Shown piece by piece: positions 50,603 through 64,000 of a stretch of DNA of 64,000 nucleotides; position 1 is the first letter of the stretch; the number at the start of each line of letters is the position of its first letter. The notes under the pieces were generated by a model. That model was not told the origin of the DNA. It did not search any database and worked only from the letters and a program-made list of their open reading frames with translations. The position numbers were made by a program, and so were the translations under genes. The DNA is from Takakia lepidozioides. Its lineage: Eukaryota; Plantae; Bryophyta. The stretch covers positions 42,966,001-43,030,000 of the forward strand of contig CM060734.1 of assembly GCA_030704615.1 (NCBI GenBank), given 5' to 3'.

Positions 50603-51028
50603 CCCTTCCTTTTCTGATCACTTTTGCCCCTCTCGTAGTGCGGTTCCTAGGCATCCTGTAGTCATTTCAGACTTCGTTGCTAGGTGCAAAGGTGATTATT
50701 TGGGGGAGAGGGAGGTTTTGTCGGTTTTTTATTGGTCGGTCCCACACCCTTGTTCACGGTTCAATCATCGTATCACCATTTTGCCGTTTTTGGATCTCCG
50801 GGGGCCTGTTTTTTTTGCAAAAACTACAAAGACACCATCCACACGCGTCCATTGCCATTTTCTGAGTTTTTGTTCCATGTAGTGGGCAAAGGTTTATACA
50901 ATGTCGGGGGTTGTGAATCCAAGTTCTGGGGCAGGGTCGTCTGGGGGTCGGAGGAAGAGAAAACGTGCCCACGAGCGGGATAGCCAGGTCAACAAGCCAG
51001 ATTACCCGGGACCGGATGCCTTGGATAT

Positions 51029-51844
51029 TGTTAGAGGGCTGCTTGGGACTTAGACGCTTTTACGGGTTCTGTGGGGTACCCTTAATTTTTGCGCAGACTG
51101 AGACCAACATGAGCCTTAGGGGTGCCAGCAGCAGGCTTTAGGGGGGTTACACAGCCCGACACAGCTTTACACAGCCCGTCACAGCCAGTCACAACCGACA
51201 CAGCCCGACACAGTACATGGGGAACAGTTATCATTGACAGGGAACGACTGTGAGGGAACGACATCTGCAGAAGGAACGTGTTACTACAGGGATGATGGTT
51301 AATTAGTTAGGTGGTTAGAACAGCTTGCGGGCAGATAAGGGGAGCGGCAACGGAAAGAGGGGGACACTTCACGGGGAGCGCTTATGGGTCAGAGGAAGAG
51401 GGGATCAGGCGGAGAGCAAGAAGGAGAGCACAAGGAAGGAGAAAAGATGAAGAGTAGATGCTTATTACATGCAGAGCTGTAGTGATACTGTAGGGCGGAT
51501 ACGAGTCACCTTGACATTGGCCTAGTACTTGATAAATCATAATCTGATACTTATTCGATACAAGCACACTCTGTAGAGAGACATGAGTGAAGCTGTGAAA
51601 TGAATGCATGATTAACTGGAATTAAGTAGATACTGAAGCAATCTGATGCTTCAGTATCAGATAAGGTAAATTGATAACATGAAGGCAAGAAGGAATACAA
51701 ATGGGAAGCACAACCATGATTCACTAGCTGCAGGTCATGACTGATTGTACTGAGCGGGCTGAGTGCTTGGAAATATCCAACTCTTCTATCTTGGAGTTTC
51801 CACCTCGGATAGCGAAGGGATGGGTGAGTAAAAGCCGCTCGACA
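51029..51844 (+). repeat. 5' LTR (family A, diverged subfamily, short repeat array) plus PBS
   Basis: TG...CA ends; TTTGGCGACCATACTGGGG follows. Confidence 0.93.
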
Positions 51845-51908
51845 TTTGGCGACCATACTGGGGAACTGGGTCATGAACAACCAGATGTGACAGGCATCTG
51901 GTGGGATC

Positions 51909-54388
51909 ATGGTGGTTGAAGAATTAAATTTTTTGATGTGAATCAAATTCCCTGTAAAACTGAGAAGGAAAGATTGTCCAAACAATTCTTTCAGAGGTTC
52001 TTGGAATTGCCAGACGGTTGTAAAGAAAACATTCTTAAGAAAGTGCATGATGTTGACCCTGAGTGCGGTCTGGAGAAAGGAGTGATAAAGATTTATCAGG
52101 TGGCCTGTAGAGGAAGAGCACGTTGGTTACCAACACTGGATAGCATTGCTATCCATTAAACGAGTAGAGTTTGAAGGCTTGGAGGAAAGGAAGGTGAATG
52201 TTTATACTCATATGCATGAAGAGCTTGTATTGATAAAGAATTGGATTCCAAAAGATATTCTGTGGATCAAACTCACACCAAGAACAGCTTTCCAGACTTG
52301 TTTGCCATATGGTTATATGGTAACGGAGACTTCTAGTATAGCCAAGGGTGCATTGAAGCTTGAAAGAAACCCAGGCATATACGAGAGATACTACAGAAGA
52401 GAGTTTTGGTTATTGCCACATTAAAGAAATGAAAGACATGGGACATGAGTGATGAAAGAGAATGGAAGCTTACTCCTTATTGTTGGGACGTCCGTGGCTG
52501 AAACAGGCCAGGGATATTCCATGACTGGAATTCCCAGTTACTAACTGTGCATGATGGGATGCACAAGATACAAATTACCACTAAGAAATCTAGTAGATTA
52601 CCTGCTACGAGAAGACCTCGAGGGGTCAGGGAGTATGACTGGAGGGGAGGACTTGATGAGGAGCAGGAAGCTACGCTGTTCGCTGCACACCCAGAGTGGG
52701 AGCAGGTTGCAGAGATGCACCTGGAAGGCCTAAGTTGTTTAAAAGGTATCTGTTGTGGTGTAGTGACAGCAACACCAATTGAAGGTGAAACAAGCAGTTA
52801 CCCACCACATTTCTATGAAGAAAGAGAAGGAGAAATGGAAATCCTAGAGGAACCAACCACTGTGAGTTTACAGGATGAAGTGGTGACTGGTTGGACAATC
52901 ACAGCTGATGAGCAGGTGAGAGAAGTGAATGTGGGAACTTAAGAGGAACCGAGGATGGTGAAGGTAGGGGCTGATTTGGAGCCAGAATTCTTTGAGGAAG
53001 CTAAAAGTTTGTTCATCAAATACAGAGATGTATTTGCTTGGAGCTACAAGGATCTAAAAGGGATACCACCTGAGATCTGTCAGCATAAAATTGAACTGGA
53101 ACCAGGGTCAGTACCAATCAAACAGGCAAGGTACAGAATGAATCCCAACTATGCACAGAAGGTTGGAGAAGAGATCAAGAAGTTGGCTGAGGCTAAGTTT
53201 ATATACCCAATAGAGTATACAACTTGGTTGTCACCCATTGTAATAGTTCCCAAGAAGAATGGTAAACTGAGAGTTTGTGTGAACTATAAGAGGTTGAATG
53301 CTTGCACGAAGAAAGATCCTTTTCCTTTGCCATTCACAGAAGCGGTATTGGACACTGTGGCAGGCCATGAGATGTACTCATTCATGGATGGCTTTAGTGG
53401 TTATAATCAAGTGCAAGTGGCAGAAGAAGACCAGGGAAAGACAACTTTCATCACCGACTGGGGTGCTTATGCATACAAAGTCATGCCTTTTGGACTTTGT
53501 AATGCACCAGCAACCTTTCAGAGAGTGATAAGTGAATCTTTTCATGAGTATCTGGATGATTTCATGCAGGTGTTCTTGGATGATTTCAGTGTGTACAGCT
53601 CTAAGAATGAGCACTTGCATAAATTGGAGTTATGTCTGGCCAGATGCAGGATGAGAGGTCTGGGCATGAATCCAGAGAAGTGTACTTTCTGTGTGAAGTC
53701 AGGGGTGCTTCTGGGACACATTGTGTATAAGAGGGGACTTCTTGTGGATCCCAGGAAGACAGAGGCCATTAAAGCCTCTCCACCACCAGTAAATGTTAAG
53801 AGTCTAAGGAGATTCCTTGGACAAACCGGTTATTACAGAAGATTTGTCAAAAGGTATGCACAGATAGCAGCACCATTGAGCAAGCTTCTGAAGAAAGATA
53901 CAGTGTTTGCATGGACAGCTGAATGTCAATAGGCTTTTGAGGAACTTACATTATCAGTAACAACTACACCTGTGCTGATTAACCCTCACTGGCATGTAGT
54001 ATTTCATGTTCATTGTGATGCCTCAGGAGAAGCGTTGGGAGCGGTGTTAGCCCAAAATGTTACAGGAAATATAGATTCACCTGTGTACTATGCTAGCAGG
54101 TTGATGAACAGCGCTGAAAGGAACTATAGCACAACTGAAAGAGAAGCACTGGCAGTGATTTATGCAGTCAAGAAATTCAGGCATTACCTATTGGGAAGAA
54201 AGTTTATGTTTTATGTGGATCACCAGGCTCTGATATATCTGGTGAACAAACCTTTGATAAGTGGAAGGATAGCGACGTGGTTAAAAATCTTGCACGAGTT
54301 TGAGTTCGAGGTTGTTTACAAGCCTGGCCGTTTGCATCTTGTGGCAGATCATTTGTCACGCCTAACAACGGGAGAGCCCGCACAGGAG
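51909..54388 (+). pseudogene. gag N-terminal extension fused by deletion (~52462) to protease end, RT and RNase H
   Basis: The junction skips the gag core. RT 52955-53932 and RH 53972-54388, cut by an LTR. Confidence 0.9.
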
Positions 54389-55396
54389 TGTCGCGCGGCT
54401 TTTACTCACCCATCCCTTCGCTATCCGAGGCGGAAACTCCAAGATAGAAGAGTTGGAAATCTCTAAGTACTCAGCCCGCTCAGAACAATCAGTCATGACC
54501 TACAGCTAGTGTATCATGGGGGTGTTTCCTATTTGTTTTCCTTCCCGCATTCATGTTAGCTAGTTACCTTACTGTTGGTAATTAAGTATCAGTTTGCTTC
54601 ATCAATCTATCGGATTCCATCAACTCATCCATTCATTCCACAGCTTCACTCAGATCTCTCTACACAGTGTGAGTATGAAGTGTATATCAGATTAATATCT
54701 ATCAAGTATCAGGCTGAAGCCCTGGAGTCTCTAATCTGCTTCCATTAAGCATCACAGATCATCCTCCTCCTACTCCGTGCTTTCTCTCTTTCTGCTCAGA
54801 GATACGCTCTCTGCCTCATTTCCCCCAGTGATGTCCGAAGTCCCCTCCCGAAGTCATCTCAAGAATCGATCCACTCCTTTCCGCCGTGTTTCCCCCAAGA
54901 AGTCCCCAAGAATCCCCCCGCTCCTCGCTTTATCTTCTTACCCGTTGTTCTAACCGTTTCCCTCACTAACCGTCCCGTGAACTAACATGTTCCATTCGCA
55001 GATGTTGTTCCCCACAGTCGTTCCCTGTCCTGCTATCCGTTCCCTATGGTCGTGACAGCTGTGTCAAGCTGTGACTGACTGTGTGGCTGTGACGGGCTGT
55101 GACTGGCTGTGCGACTGTGTTGGGCTGTGACGGGCTGTGACTGGCTGTGTCGGGCTGTGTTGGCTGTGTCGGCTGTGACGGGCTGTGTCGGGCTGTGTTG
55201 GCTGTGACGAGCTGTGTTGGCTGTGATGGGCTGTGTTGGCTGTGACAGGCTGTGTCGGACTGTGACGAGCTGTGTAACCCCCGCCTAAAGTGCGCTGCTG
55301 TCACCCCTAAGGCTCCTGTTGGTCTCAGTCTGTGCAAAATTAAGGGTACCCCTCAGATCCCGTAAAAGTGTCTAAGTCCCTGGCAGTCCTCTAACA
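54389..55396 (-). repeat. 3' LTR (family A)
   Basis: TG...CA ends; PPT at 55397-55415. Confidence 0.95.
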
Positions 55397-55431
55397 TTAC
55401 CCCTTCCCCTCTCAAAAAAGCCGTGTCCTCA

Positions 55432-57881
55432 CGGTTTACTGTTTGCGATTAGTAAACCTTTGTGAGTGAGCACCTTTCTGACTTGAGAGTCTCGTGAAGG
55501 ACTCTGTGTGCGAGCCCGAGGTCTGTCACTGGTCGACGGAGATGATTGAACACTACCTGGATATGTGAGGCCCTCTGGAGGCTGATATTGAGGTAAATCT
55601 TTCAGGCATAGGAGACCTCCGTCGCTTCTTTTCTGCCATCTGTATTGCATAGTCTTCTCCCATGTCAAAAGAGTCCGCTTAAGAACGAGTTGTATCAGAA
55701 TCCTCATCGCCTCTCAGGTGTTTTAACTGCAAAACTTTTTGTGGAATCCTCTGAGGCATACAATGTTGTCCTACCATGTCTGGAAGTTTAAACTGCAATA
55801 CTTGCTGTAAACGCTGAATGGCAAAATTGGTGAAGACCCTGGGCTCCTTGTCTGTCCAGGTGAGTGGGGTACCAATGACTTGTGAATTGTGCAAGTATTT
55901 CCATGCCTGATGTCCCTTAAAGAAAATATCGTCAGGGCCGAATTTTTGTGTTGACAAATTGTTCCAGGCCGCATGAAACCATGAACGAATTTGAGAATCC
56001 TTTTGCATCATAAATTTTGCCTCATATAGGTACATATGAGGTGGCACTGAAGGTAAGACCCAATGATCCCCACTGGAATAACTCAGAAAGCGCGATTGCA
56101 TCTTTTGCTGCTCAATGTGATAACGTACCAAAAAACAAGCAGCGTAGTATAACGCGCAGCCCATAACAATACTTGCTACCTCCTTGGTCTTGGTATAAAT
56201 GAATCCATGTACAATTTGGAAGGCAATTAATTCCTTCAACATTGTACCTGCCTCATGCCAGTATTGTGCAAAGTGATGATCCTCAATTGGTCGATTGTTC
56301 GGAAGAACTTTAGTCCTAGTTGCCACTGGCAGCCAAATGCGCATGATTTGGTAGTAATGTGCCAATGACTGCGGAGGACTAAATTCTTTCCAAGCCAAAT
56401 CCAACATGATGGGTATTTGGTTGAAGTGCATAATCATAGCCCTACTGTACTCCCTTGCAGCTGGAGTTTTAGGTGGGTTAAAAGCAGCATTCCCCCATAC
56501 ATCAGGCTGTGGTGGCTGTGGTGTGGTTGTAGTAACAAGAGGGTCAGCTACTGGCACAGTGACTTGTTGTGGTGTTGGTGGCACTGGCTCTTGTATCATT
56601 GGCATCTCCTGCACCTCCTGTGAAGAAGACTGAAAAGCCAAAGTTCTGGCTTGTAAATAAGAAGCCATTAGCTGTTCCTCAGGTATATAGACTCTTTTGT
56701 CGATATTTGAAGTGAGGTCCTCCACTTGAGTCTGCAGTCCGTCTACATCCTCCTGTAACTCCGCTATCCTACTATAGACATTGTCTATAGTAGTTGTGGC
56801 AATGTTCTGCACTTGCAGTCTGAGCTCATTCATCTCGCTTTGGGTGAGCTTTCGTGGTGCTTTGCCCTCCACTAGCCCTTGTGCTAACCAGACCTGCATA
56901 AGGTGGTTATCCACCAAGTTGCTTGTGGTTTCTCTGAGAGTGTGCTTGTCTCTTAGTTTGTACACATCTAACTGCTGTTGTAAAGCCTCCATGCGCTTCG
57001 CATGAGGTTCAACCAAATTCGCATAGGCAGCAAGTAGATTATTGGCTTCCTTCCAAGCCTTGTTAGTGACCGAGATTTCATTTCTATTGGCCATGATCGT
57101 TTGTTGCAACTCCAGGATGTCCCTCTCTTGATCAGCTTCAATCTGCTTGTATTGCTTGAAAGTATCCTCATTGCGACAGATTGTATTCTTCATATCGACA
57201 ATGAGTTTCATTTGCTCAACATTCTCTGCTTCTGTCTTCGTACATCTTTCCGCTTAACTGTTTATTTCTTTTGTAGATTGGTCAAGCATAGTTATGAATG
57301 TAGCACATTGTATGGTCATCTTGTCATGCACTGTCTGCAACTCCGTATGTAGTGCATTCACTTCTTGCAACTTGCTTTCATGCTTCACCTGCATTTGGTA
57401 TAGCTGTTGCTTATGTGCTTCGTGCAACTGGTCTTGCGCGAGGTCTGCCTCAATCAATTGTTCCTTGGCCAATTGCAAAGCCACTTCTGTATTCTCCAAG
57501 TCTTGCTGCATCTTGAGAGTGACCTCTTCATCAACCTTGTTTGCACACTCAGTGGCTAGTCGAGCCTCAAACTCCTTCCTGAGTCCCTCTCTCAAGGCTG
57601 TCAATTGGGTAGTTGGAACATGGGATTTGACATAAGTCCCCAACAAATTAAGTGTCCTACCTATGGAACTCATAAGCATTGCCTGTTGAGGGTCATCATG
57701 GTGAGGTTGCTGCTGTTCTCCCTGATCCTCAACAGTGTGATGTCTCACGAACCACTCAGGCCATTGTCCCACCAGATTTTCTTCCTGAACCACTTCATCC
57801 ATCACCGGTGCTGCAGTGTCTTGACATTCTACCTGTGGTACCTCCGGCACAGGTGTGTGTATTATATGCACCGTAGGGTTT
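55432..57881 (-). pseudogene. 3' extra ORF (coiled coil plus C-terminal domain), cut by the LTR at 57882
   Basis: ORFs 55679-57211 (510 aa) and 57254-57871. Confidence 0.88.
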
Positions 57882-58976
57882 TGTTAGAGGACTGTCTGGG
57901 ACTTAGACACTTATACGGTATCTGTAGGGTACCCTTAATTTTTGCACAGACTGAGACCAACAGGAGCCTTAGGGGTGACAACAGCGCACTGTAGAGGGGG
58001 GTTACACAGTCCGTCACAGTCCAACACAGCCCGTCACAGCCAACACAGTCCGTCACAGTCCAACACAGCCCGTCACAGCCAACACAGCCCGTCACAGTCA
58101 TCACAGCCGACACAGCCACACAGCCAGTCACAGCCGACACAGCCAGACACAGTCAGCACAGCTCGTCACAGCCCAACACAGCCATCACAGCCAACACAGC
58201 CCGTCACAGCCAACACAGCCACACAGCCAGTCACAGCCCGACACAGCCAAACACAGTCGCACAGCCAGTCACAGCCCGTCACAGTTTCACACAGCCAGTC
58301 ACAGCTTGACACAGCTGTCACGACCATAGGGAACGGAGAGCAGGACAGGGAACGACTGTGGGGAACAATACCTGCAAATGGAACATGTTAGTTCACGGAC
58401 GACGGTTAGTGAGGGAAACGGTTAGAGCCACGGGTAGGAAGATAAAGGGAGAAGCAAGGACTGAGAAGGGGATTCTTGGAAGCACTTGAAAGGGGAGGAC
58501 TTCTTGGTCATGCATGAGAGGGGATCGGGCGGAGAGCAGGAACGGAAGCAAGCATGGAGAGCACGGTGAAGAAGGAGAGATGATTAGTAGATGCTTGTTA
58601 TATGCAAAGCTGTAGTGATATTGTAGAGCAGATTAGAGACACAATGGCTTCGGCCTGATACCTGATAAATCATAATCTGATACTTATACGATACAATCAC
58701 ACTGTGTAGAGAGATCTGAGTGAAGCTGTGGAATGAATGGATGAGTTGATAGAATCCGATAGATTGATGAAGCAAACTGATACTTAATTATCAATGGTAA
58801 GGTAGCTAACATGAATGCGGAAAGGGAAACAAATAGGAAACACCCCCATGATACACTAGCTGTAGGTCATGACTGATTGTTCTGCGCGGGCTGTGTACTT
58901 AGAGATTTCCAACTCTTCTATCTTGGAGTTTCCGCCTCGGATAGCGAAGGGATGGGTGAGTAAAACCCGCGCGACA
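57882..58976 (+). repeat. 5' LTR (family A) plus PBS
   Basis: TG...CA ends; PBS at 58979-58996. Confidence 0.95.
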
Positions 58977-59040
58977 TTTGGCGACCATACTGGGGAACTG
59001 AGTCATGAACAACCAGATGTGACAGGCATCTGGTGGGATC

Positions 59041-61650
59041 ATGGTGGTTGGACCATTAAAGAATTTGAAGTGAATCAAATTCCCTGTGGAACGAAGGAAG
59101 AAAGATTGTCCAAACAATTCTTTCAAAGGTTCTTGGAATTGCCAGACGGTTGTAAAGAAAATATTCTTAAGCGAGTGCATGATGCTAATCCGGAATGGGG
59201 TCTGGAGAAAGGAGTGGTAAAGATTTATCAGGTAGCCTGTAGAGGAAGAGCACGGTGGTTACCAACATTGGTTTATGTGATAGCCTTACTATCCATTAAG
59301 CGAGTAGAGTTTGAAGGCTGGGAGGAAAGAAAAGTGAATGTTTATACTCATATGCATGAAGAGCTTGTACTGGTAAAGAATTGGATTCCAAAGGATATTT
59401 TGTGGATCAAACTCACACCAAAAACAGCTTTCCAGACTTGTTTGCCATATGGTTATATGGTAACGGAGACTTCAAGTATAGCCAAGGGTGCATTGAAGCT
59501 TGAAAGAAACCCAGGCATATACGAGAGATATTACAGAAGAGAGTTTTGGTTATTGCCACATTAAAAAGAAATGAAAGACATGGGACATGAGTGATGAAAG
59601 AGAAGCTAGATGCCAGAGATATTCAGCAAAAAGAGAAAGCTATTTGAAAGCTAATTATCCATATCTTTGGGAGAGAGGAATAGACATAGGGGAATCATCT
59701 GGACCTCTCACACCATTAAGATCAAAGAGTACATCACCCATACCGGAAGAACTAGAGTTGGATGCCACTCCTTCTGTTTCTTTGCAAGAAAGATTAAGGG
59801 AATTGGTACAGGAAGAAGATCAATCACGAGGTGAAAGATCTGAGGTACATCCCTGGATAAAAGATTTGACAGAAATCTTTGATAAGAGTTGGCATGGAAC
59901 ACCAAAAGCAGGAACTCCAGTTTCTGAAGCGGAAGGTGAAGAAGAGAGAAGAGGATGTGGCAGAGCCAACGGAGAGTTCAGACTCTCCAACACCATTACA
60001 GTTGAGTTACATGAGTGAAGAAGAAACCCAAGGGCAGAACTTGGAGGATGAAAACAAAGAGAAGAAATTGGAAGAGGAAGAATATGAAGAAGTAGACCCA
60101 ACAGCTGAGGTTGAGACTACAACCAGGACATCCCAACCCGTTGGACCTGGATCAAGTGGAGCACTTGGATCACAGGCCAACGAAGGTGTCGGCTCAGGGG
60201 GATCAGGCGGGCGGCTTGGATCTGGCTCTGGGGGGACAGGGAGTGTGGGAAGTAGTGCAACTGAAGCTAGGAATACTGTGAATATCGTGGAGCCAGTAGC
60301 AGGGAGTGCTCAAGGGCCACCACTTGGTGGAAGATCCACCACAAAAACAACAGGTCCAGAAGGACCAGCACCAGCAAGGGTGCCAACACCTGTCAGTGGG
60401 CAGAAGGTAGGGCCACAGATGACGTTACAACCAACACGGGCAAAACCACCCTTTCCAATATATTCAGGAAAAGGGGATCCCGATGTACACATTAGCCAAT
60501 TTGAGCACATGTGTATAGTGAACAATGAGAATGGCGATGATGCCAATATGAGATTGTTTCCTTGTTCACTTATAAAGAAAGCAAGTGAATGGTATGCAAG
60601 ATTCCCTGATAATCATTTCCTAACCTGGAATGGCTTGAATACAGCATTTCGAAATAGTTTCAGGACAAGTAGAACTGAGGATGAAGTGTATGGAAGTTTA
60701 CAACAGTTAAAGCAAAAGAAGCATGAAACTGTTGAGGAGTATATGGAAAAGATGGAATTGATGATGAAAAAGCTGGCTGCAGTACCAGCACCAGGTTTAC
60801 AGAAGACTTGGTTTGTGAGTGGACTAAGACCAGAGTTGCAAAAGAAAGTGGATATGTTACCCCATAATACAGTGGAGGAGGCATTTGAAACTGCAAACAG
60901 AATTGAGCAATTGGGAATGCTCAGGAGAGAGAAAAAGGATGATGAGGACTCTGAGGATGAGTCAGATGAAGAAGAAGAGCAAGAACTAAAAATGAAGAGT
61001 AAGAGAAAGGAGAAGTTGAAGAGGGATAACTATGAAAAAAAATTGGAAGAAATCTTGAAGAAGTATGCCACAGAGGCTGCAACACATTGGAGGAAGGGTG
61101 TATGGTGAACAGACCAAGGGCGAGGACCCAATGGTGAAGAACTATGTTACTATTGTAATCAGCCAGGACATCCCAAGGCAGCCTGTTCATTCTGGATAAG
61201 ACACCAGAATGAGATGAGAGCTCCTGTGAATGAGGGCCCAGTGGTGGCAGCTCACATGGTTAGGCCATGTGTTGTACCAGAAGTAAGTACAATGATAGTA
61301 ACAAGAAGTAAAGCCAAACTAATACCTCCAGTAGTAGAGGAAGAAGATGATAATGAAGGTGGCAGTGATATGCCTGAAGATGATGAGGCTTGGAGAGATG
61401 AGAAGGAACTGCACAAGGAAGTGGCAGATACCATAAGGGAAATGCAGAAGAGTACTGATATTCCTGTGGCAGATTCCTCTGATTCTGATGGAGAAGAAGA
61501 AGGGAGTGAGGATGAAAGGAAGAAAGAAGATGCAGACATGCAAAGTAATGAAGAGACTTTGGACGTGTCCTCAATCCATTATCCAGCAGCAGCGTTGGGA
61601 ATTCACATTGAATCCCAAGATACACATTCCAGCGTACTCAAGCAGAATGT
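59041..61650 (+). pseudogene. gag with long N-terminal extension, capsid domain and zinc knuckle; truncated near 61650
   Basis: PFPIYSGKGDPDVHISQFE...LFPCSL...W...F..GLRPE; CYYCNQPGHPKAAC at ~61145-61186. Confidence 0.88.
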
Positions 61651-62969
61651 TTGATACATGACAACCTTTCCTGGAGGGTTATAGAACTTTCAATGTGCGA
61701 CATATTAAAACCTGCTCTACTCCTCACTGTCTCACAACTGAATTTAAGTTGGGCATCAAGATTAACTCTAAATATTGCAACCATGCTACATTTTAACTTA
61801 TCAAACCCTCTAGATATTAGCGAGGACCTTCTGCCATTTAGAATGTTGTAATGTCAAGTTGCAACTCTCTTGTTTTCCAGGTTGTATCATGTTTCCTTTG
61901 TCCCATAAGCTCTTCTGAGCTTTCTATGGATGTCATAACATTCCTGTCATTTCATTTTTCCTTCACTATGGTTTCTCTCAAGTTCTTCTCGTGTTCCTTG
62001 GGCCTTATGGGCCTCCCTTGTGATAAACATCTTCTTTCTTTCTCTCTATTTTTTGGGGCTACATGGGCCCCCACAATGATAGAAGGTTTCGTACCGTGTA
62101 TTCTACGTGTATTGTAACAAAGTTGCAAAACCATTGAAGAGTCGGTAAAGAATATTTTCTAAAATGGGGACGAGGGTTTCTTTTATGTCAGTGGCGGAAT
62201 TATGGAAAACGACGGTGTAGCCCTAACACTCAGAATCTGACGTGTGCCCCACGGCGTTGGACACGTGAAGGCCAACAATGCATTGAGTGGAGGGCTCGAG
62301 GACAATCTAGCGCCTTCCACCGCTAGATTTCAAAAATTGTCAAATAACATGTTTTCTGTTAGTACTTCTGCCAGTCTGATAGTAAGGCACAAGCCTGATC
62401 CCTGAAATCATCCCTGCAACGATCCATCCAAATGGAAATAACTTCATACTTGGATGGAATCTTATATATTTATGACAGGAGTAAATTAAAAATACACCAT
62501 AGCCAACGGGGATGAGCCAAATGGGTGGACACTACGCGGACAACTATTATAGACGCATGCACAACCAACGGCAAAGGAGGATCACTTTGCTCATCGCACT
62601 CACTGAGAGAGGTTATTGTTGCTAGTAAAGCTGGAGAGTTGCAGGAGAGACAACATTCACTTTGAGGTTAGAAGGCGTAGAAGGTAATTGTTGTATTTCA
62701 CGTCTTCGAGAGAGAGGAAGACGGCGAGAGAGAGAATGAGGGCCGCGTCGCCCTATAAAACAGAAGGTGTCCAGGGGACACCATGTGACCGGTAGAGAGG
62801 ATGTAACTAATAGTACCCGTGGTACCATGGGGGTACATGGGTACCCCATGGTACCACCTGGTACCCAGGGGTGTCAAGGATATCTAGGGTACGAGAGGAT
62901 TTGATTCAAGTTGACGCTTGTTGGTAATGATAGCAGTAAGAGAGCGGTAAGAAACAAAATAAATTAAAA

Positions 62970-64000
62970 ACGACCGCCAGGTCGCTCAATTTAAAAAACA
63001 AAAAAAATTGGAAGTCACCGCAAATGGCGGTCGCTTAAATAAAAATAATTTAAAGAAAAATATTTAAATGGCGGTCGCTTCATTTAAAGATATATAAGCG
63101 ACCCGCCAGTGGCGGTCGCTTAATTTTAAATAAAAATATAAAAATATAAGAATTACAAATTTATTTATTCATATATATATATATATTACGACTGCCACTC
63201 TCGATCGTTACATTTAAAAAATGAATAAAAATATAGTCGACCGCCACTGGCGGTCGCTTTATTTAGATAACAAAAAAACTTGGAAGCGACCGCCATTGGC
63301 GGTCGCTTGATTATATAATGATAATATTTAAATAAAAAAATTATTTACATATTTAAGAAAAAACACCGCCATTGGTGGTCGCTTAATTTAAAAAACAAAA
63401 CAAAATTGGAAGCGGCCGCCACTGGCACTCGCTAAATTTAAAAAGTAAAATAAAATTAGAAGCAACTCCCACTGGCGGTCTCTTAATTTAAAAAAAATAA
63501 AAATAGAATTGACTGCCAACAGAGGTGACCACTTTATTTAAGAAACAAAAACAATTGCAAGCGACCCCACTAGCGGTCGCTTAATCTAAAAAATAAAAAA
63601 CAATTGGAAACGACCGTCACTAGCGGTCGAGTAATTTCAAAAATAAAATAAATTATAAAAAAAAAAAATTGGAAGCGGCGGTCGCTTAATTTTAAAATAA
63701 AAATAAAATTGGAAACAACCGCCTATATACCACAAATATGCGGTTGCATAGTTTTTTTATATTTTTAAATCAAGCGACCGCCAATATGGCGGTCGCTTGT
63801 TTTTGTTTTTGTTTTTATTTTAAGGCGACCGCCAATGTGGCGGTCACGTGTTTTATTTTATTTTCTGAATAAAGTGTTGGCGGTCGCTTCTTTTTGTTTT
63901 ATTTTTAAATTGAAGCGATCGCCATATTGGCGGTTGCTCTGATTTGTTTTAATTTCTAAATATAAAGCGACTGCCACAATTGGCGGTCGCTTTTATTTTC
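62970..64000. repeat. Second array of AGCGACCGCCA-n-TGGCGGTCGCT hairpins in AT-rich spacers
   Basis: About 18 copies; same motif as 42500-43330. Confidence 0.85.

Overview
Eukaryotic, transposon-saturated window with no host gene and a 500-N gap at 32661-33160. It is probably a non-seed plant (bryophyte-like), inferred from the element types and ~80-220 bp GT-AG introns. Most of it is a nest of one Athila/Phygy-like Ty3/Gypsy LTR-retrotransposon family: 8 LTR copies, an N-terminally extended gag, and a large extra 3' ORF. One full-length chromodomain Gypsy element lies at 43586-50602. Two related Mutator-like (MULE) DNA transposons with 9-bp TSDs are inserted into the nest (2454-8985, 11547-24770). 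The 13.2-kb MULE is the main result. It carries (i) an apparently intact ~1170-aa DDE transposase with GCM-like and SWIM zinc domains; (ii) a divergently transcribed 8-exon cargo gene (~1238 aa reconstructed, one stop and one frameshift) fusing a ParB/Srx-like domain to a beta-class (N6A/N4C-type) DNA methyltransferase-like domain; (iii) a third small ORF; and (iv) dozens of palindromic TTTCGGCGCCGAAA motifs that I saw only in non-coding DNA and introns. The smaller MULE keeps the cargo gene's C-terminus and has its own variant of the palindrome, so the architecture is a family trait. It resembles the VANDAL/VANC anti-silencing design but uses prokaryote-type domains. All domain calls are by motif recognition; no searches were run.
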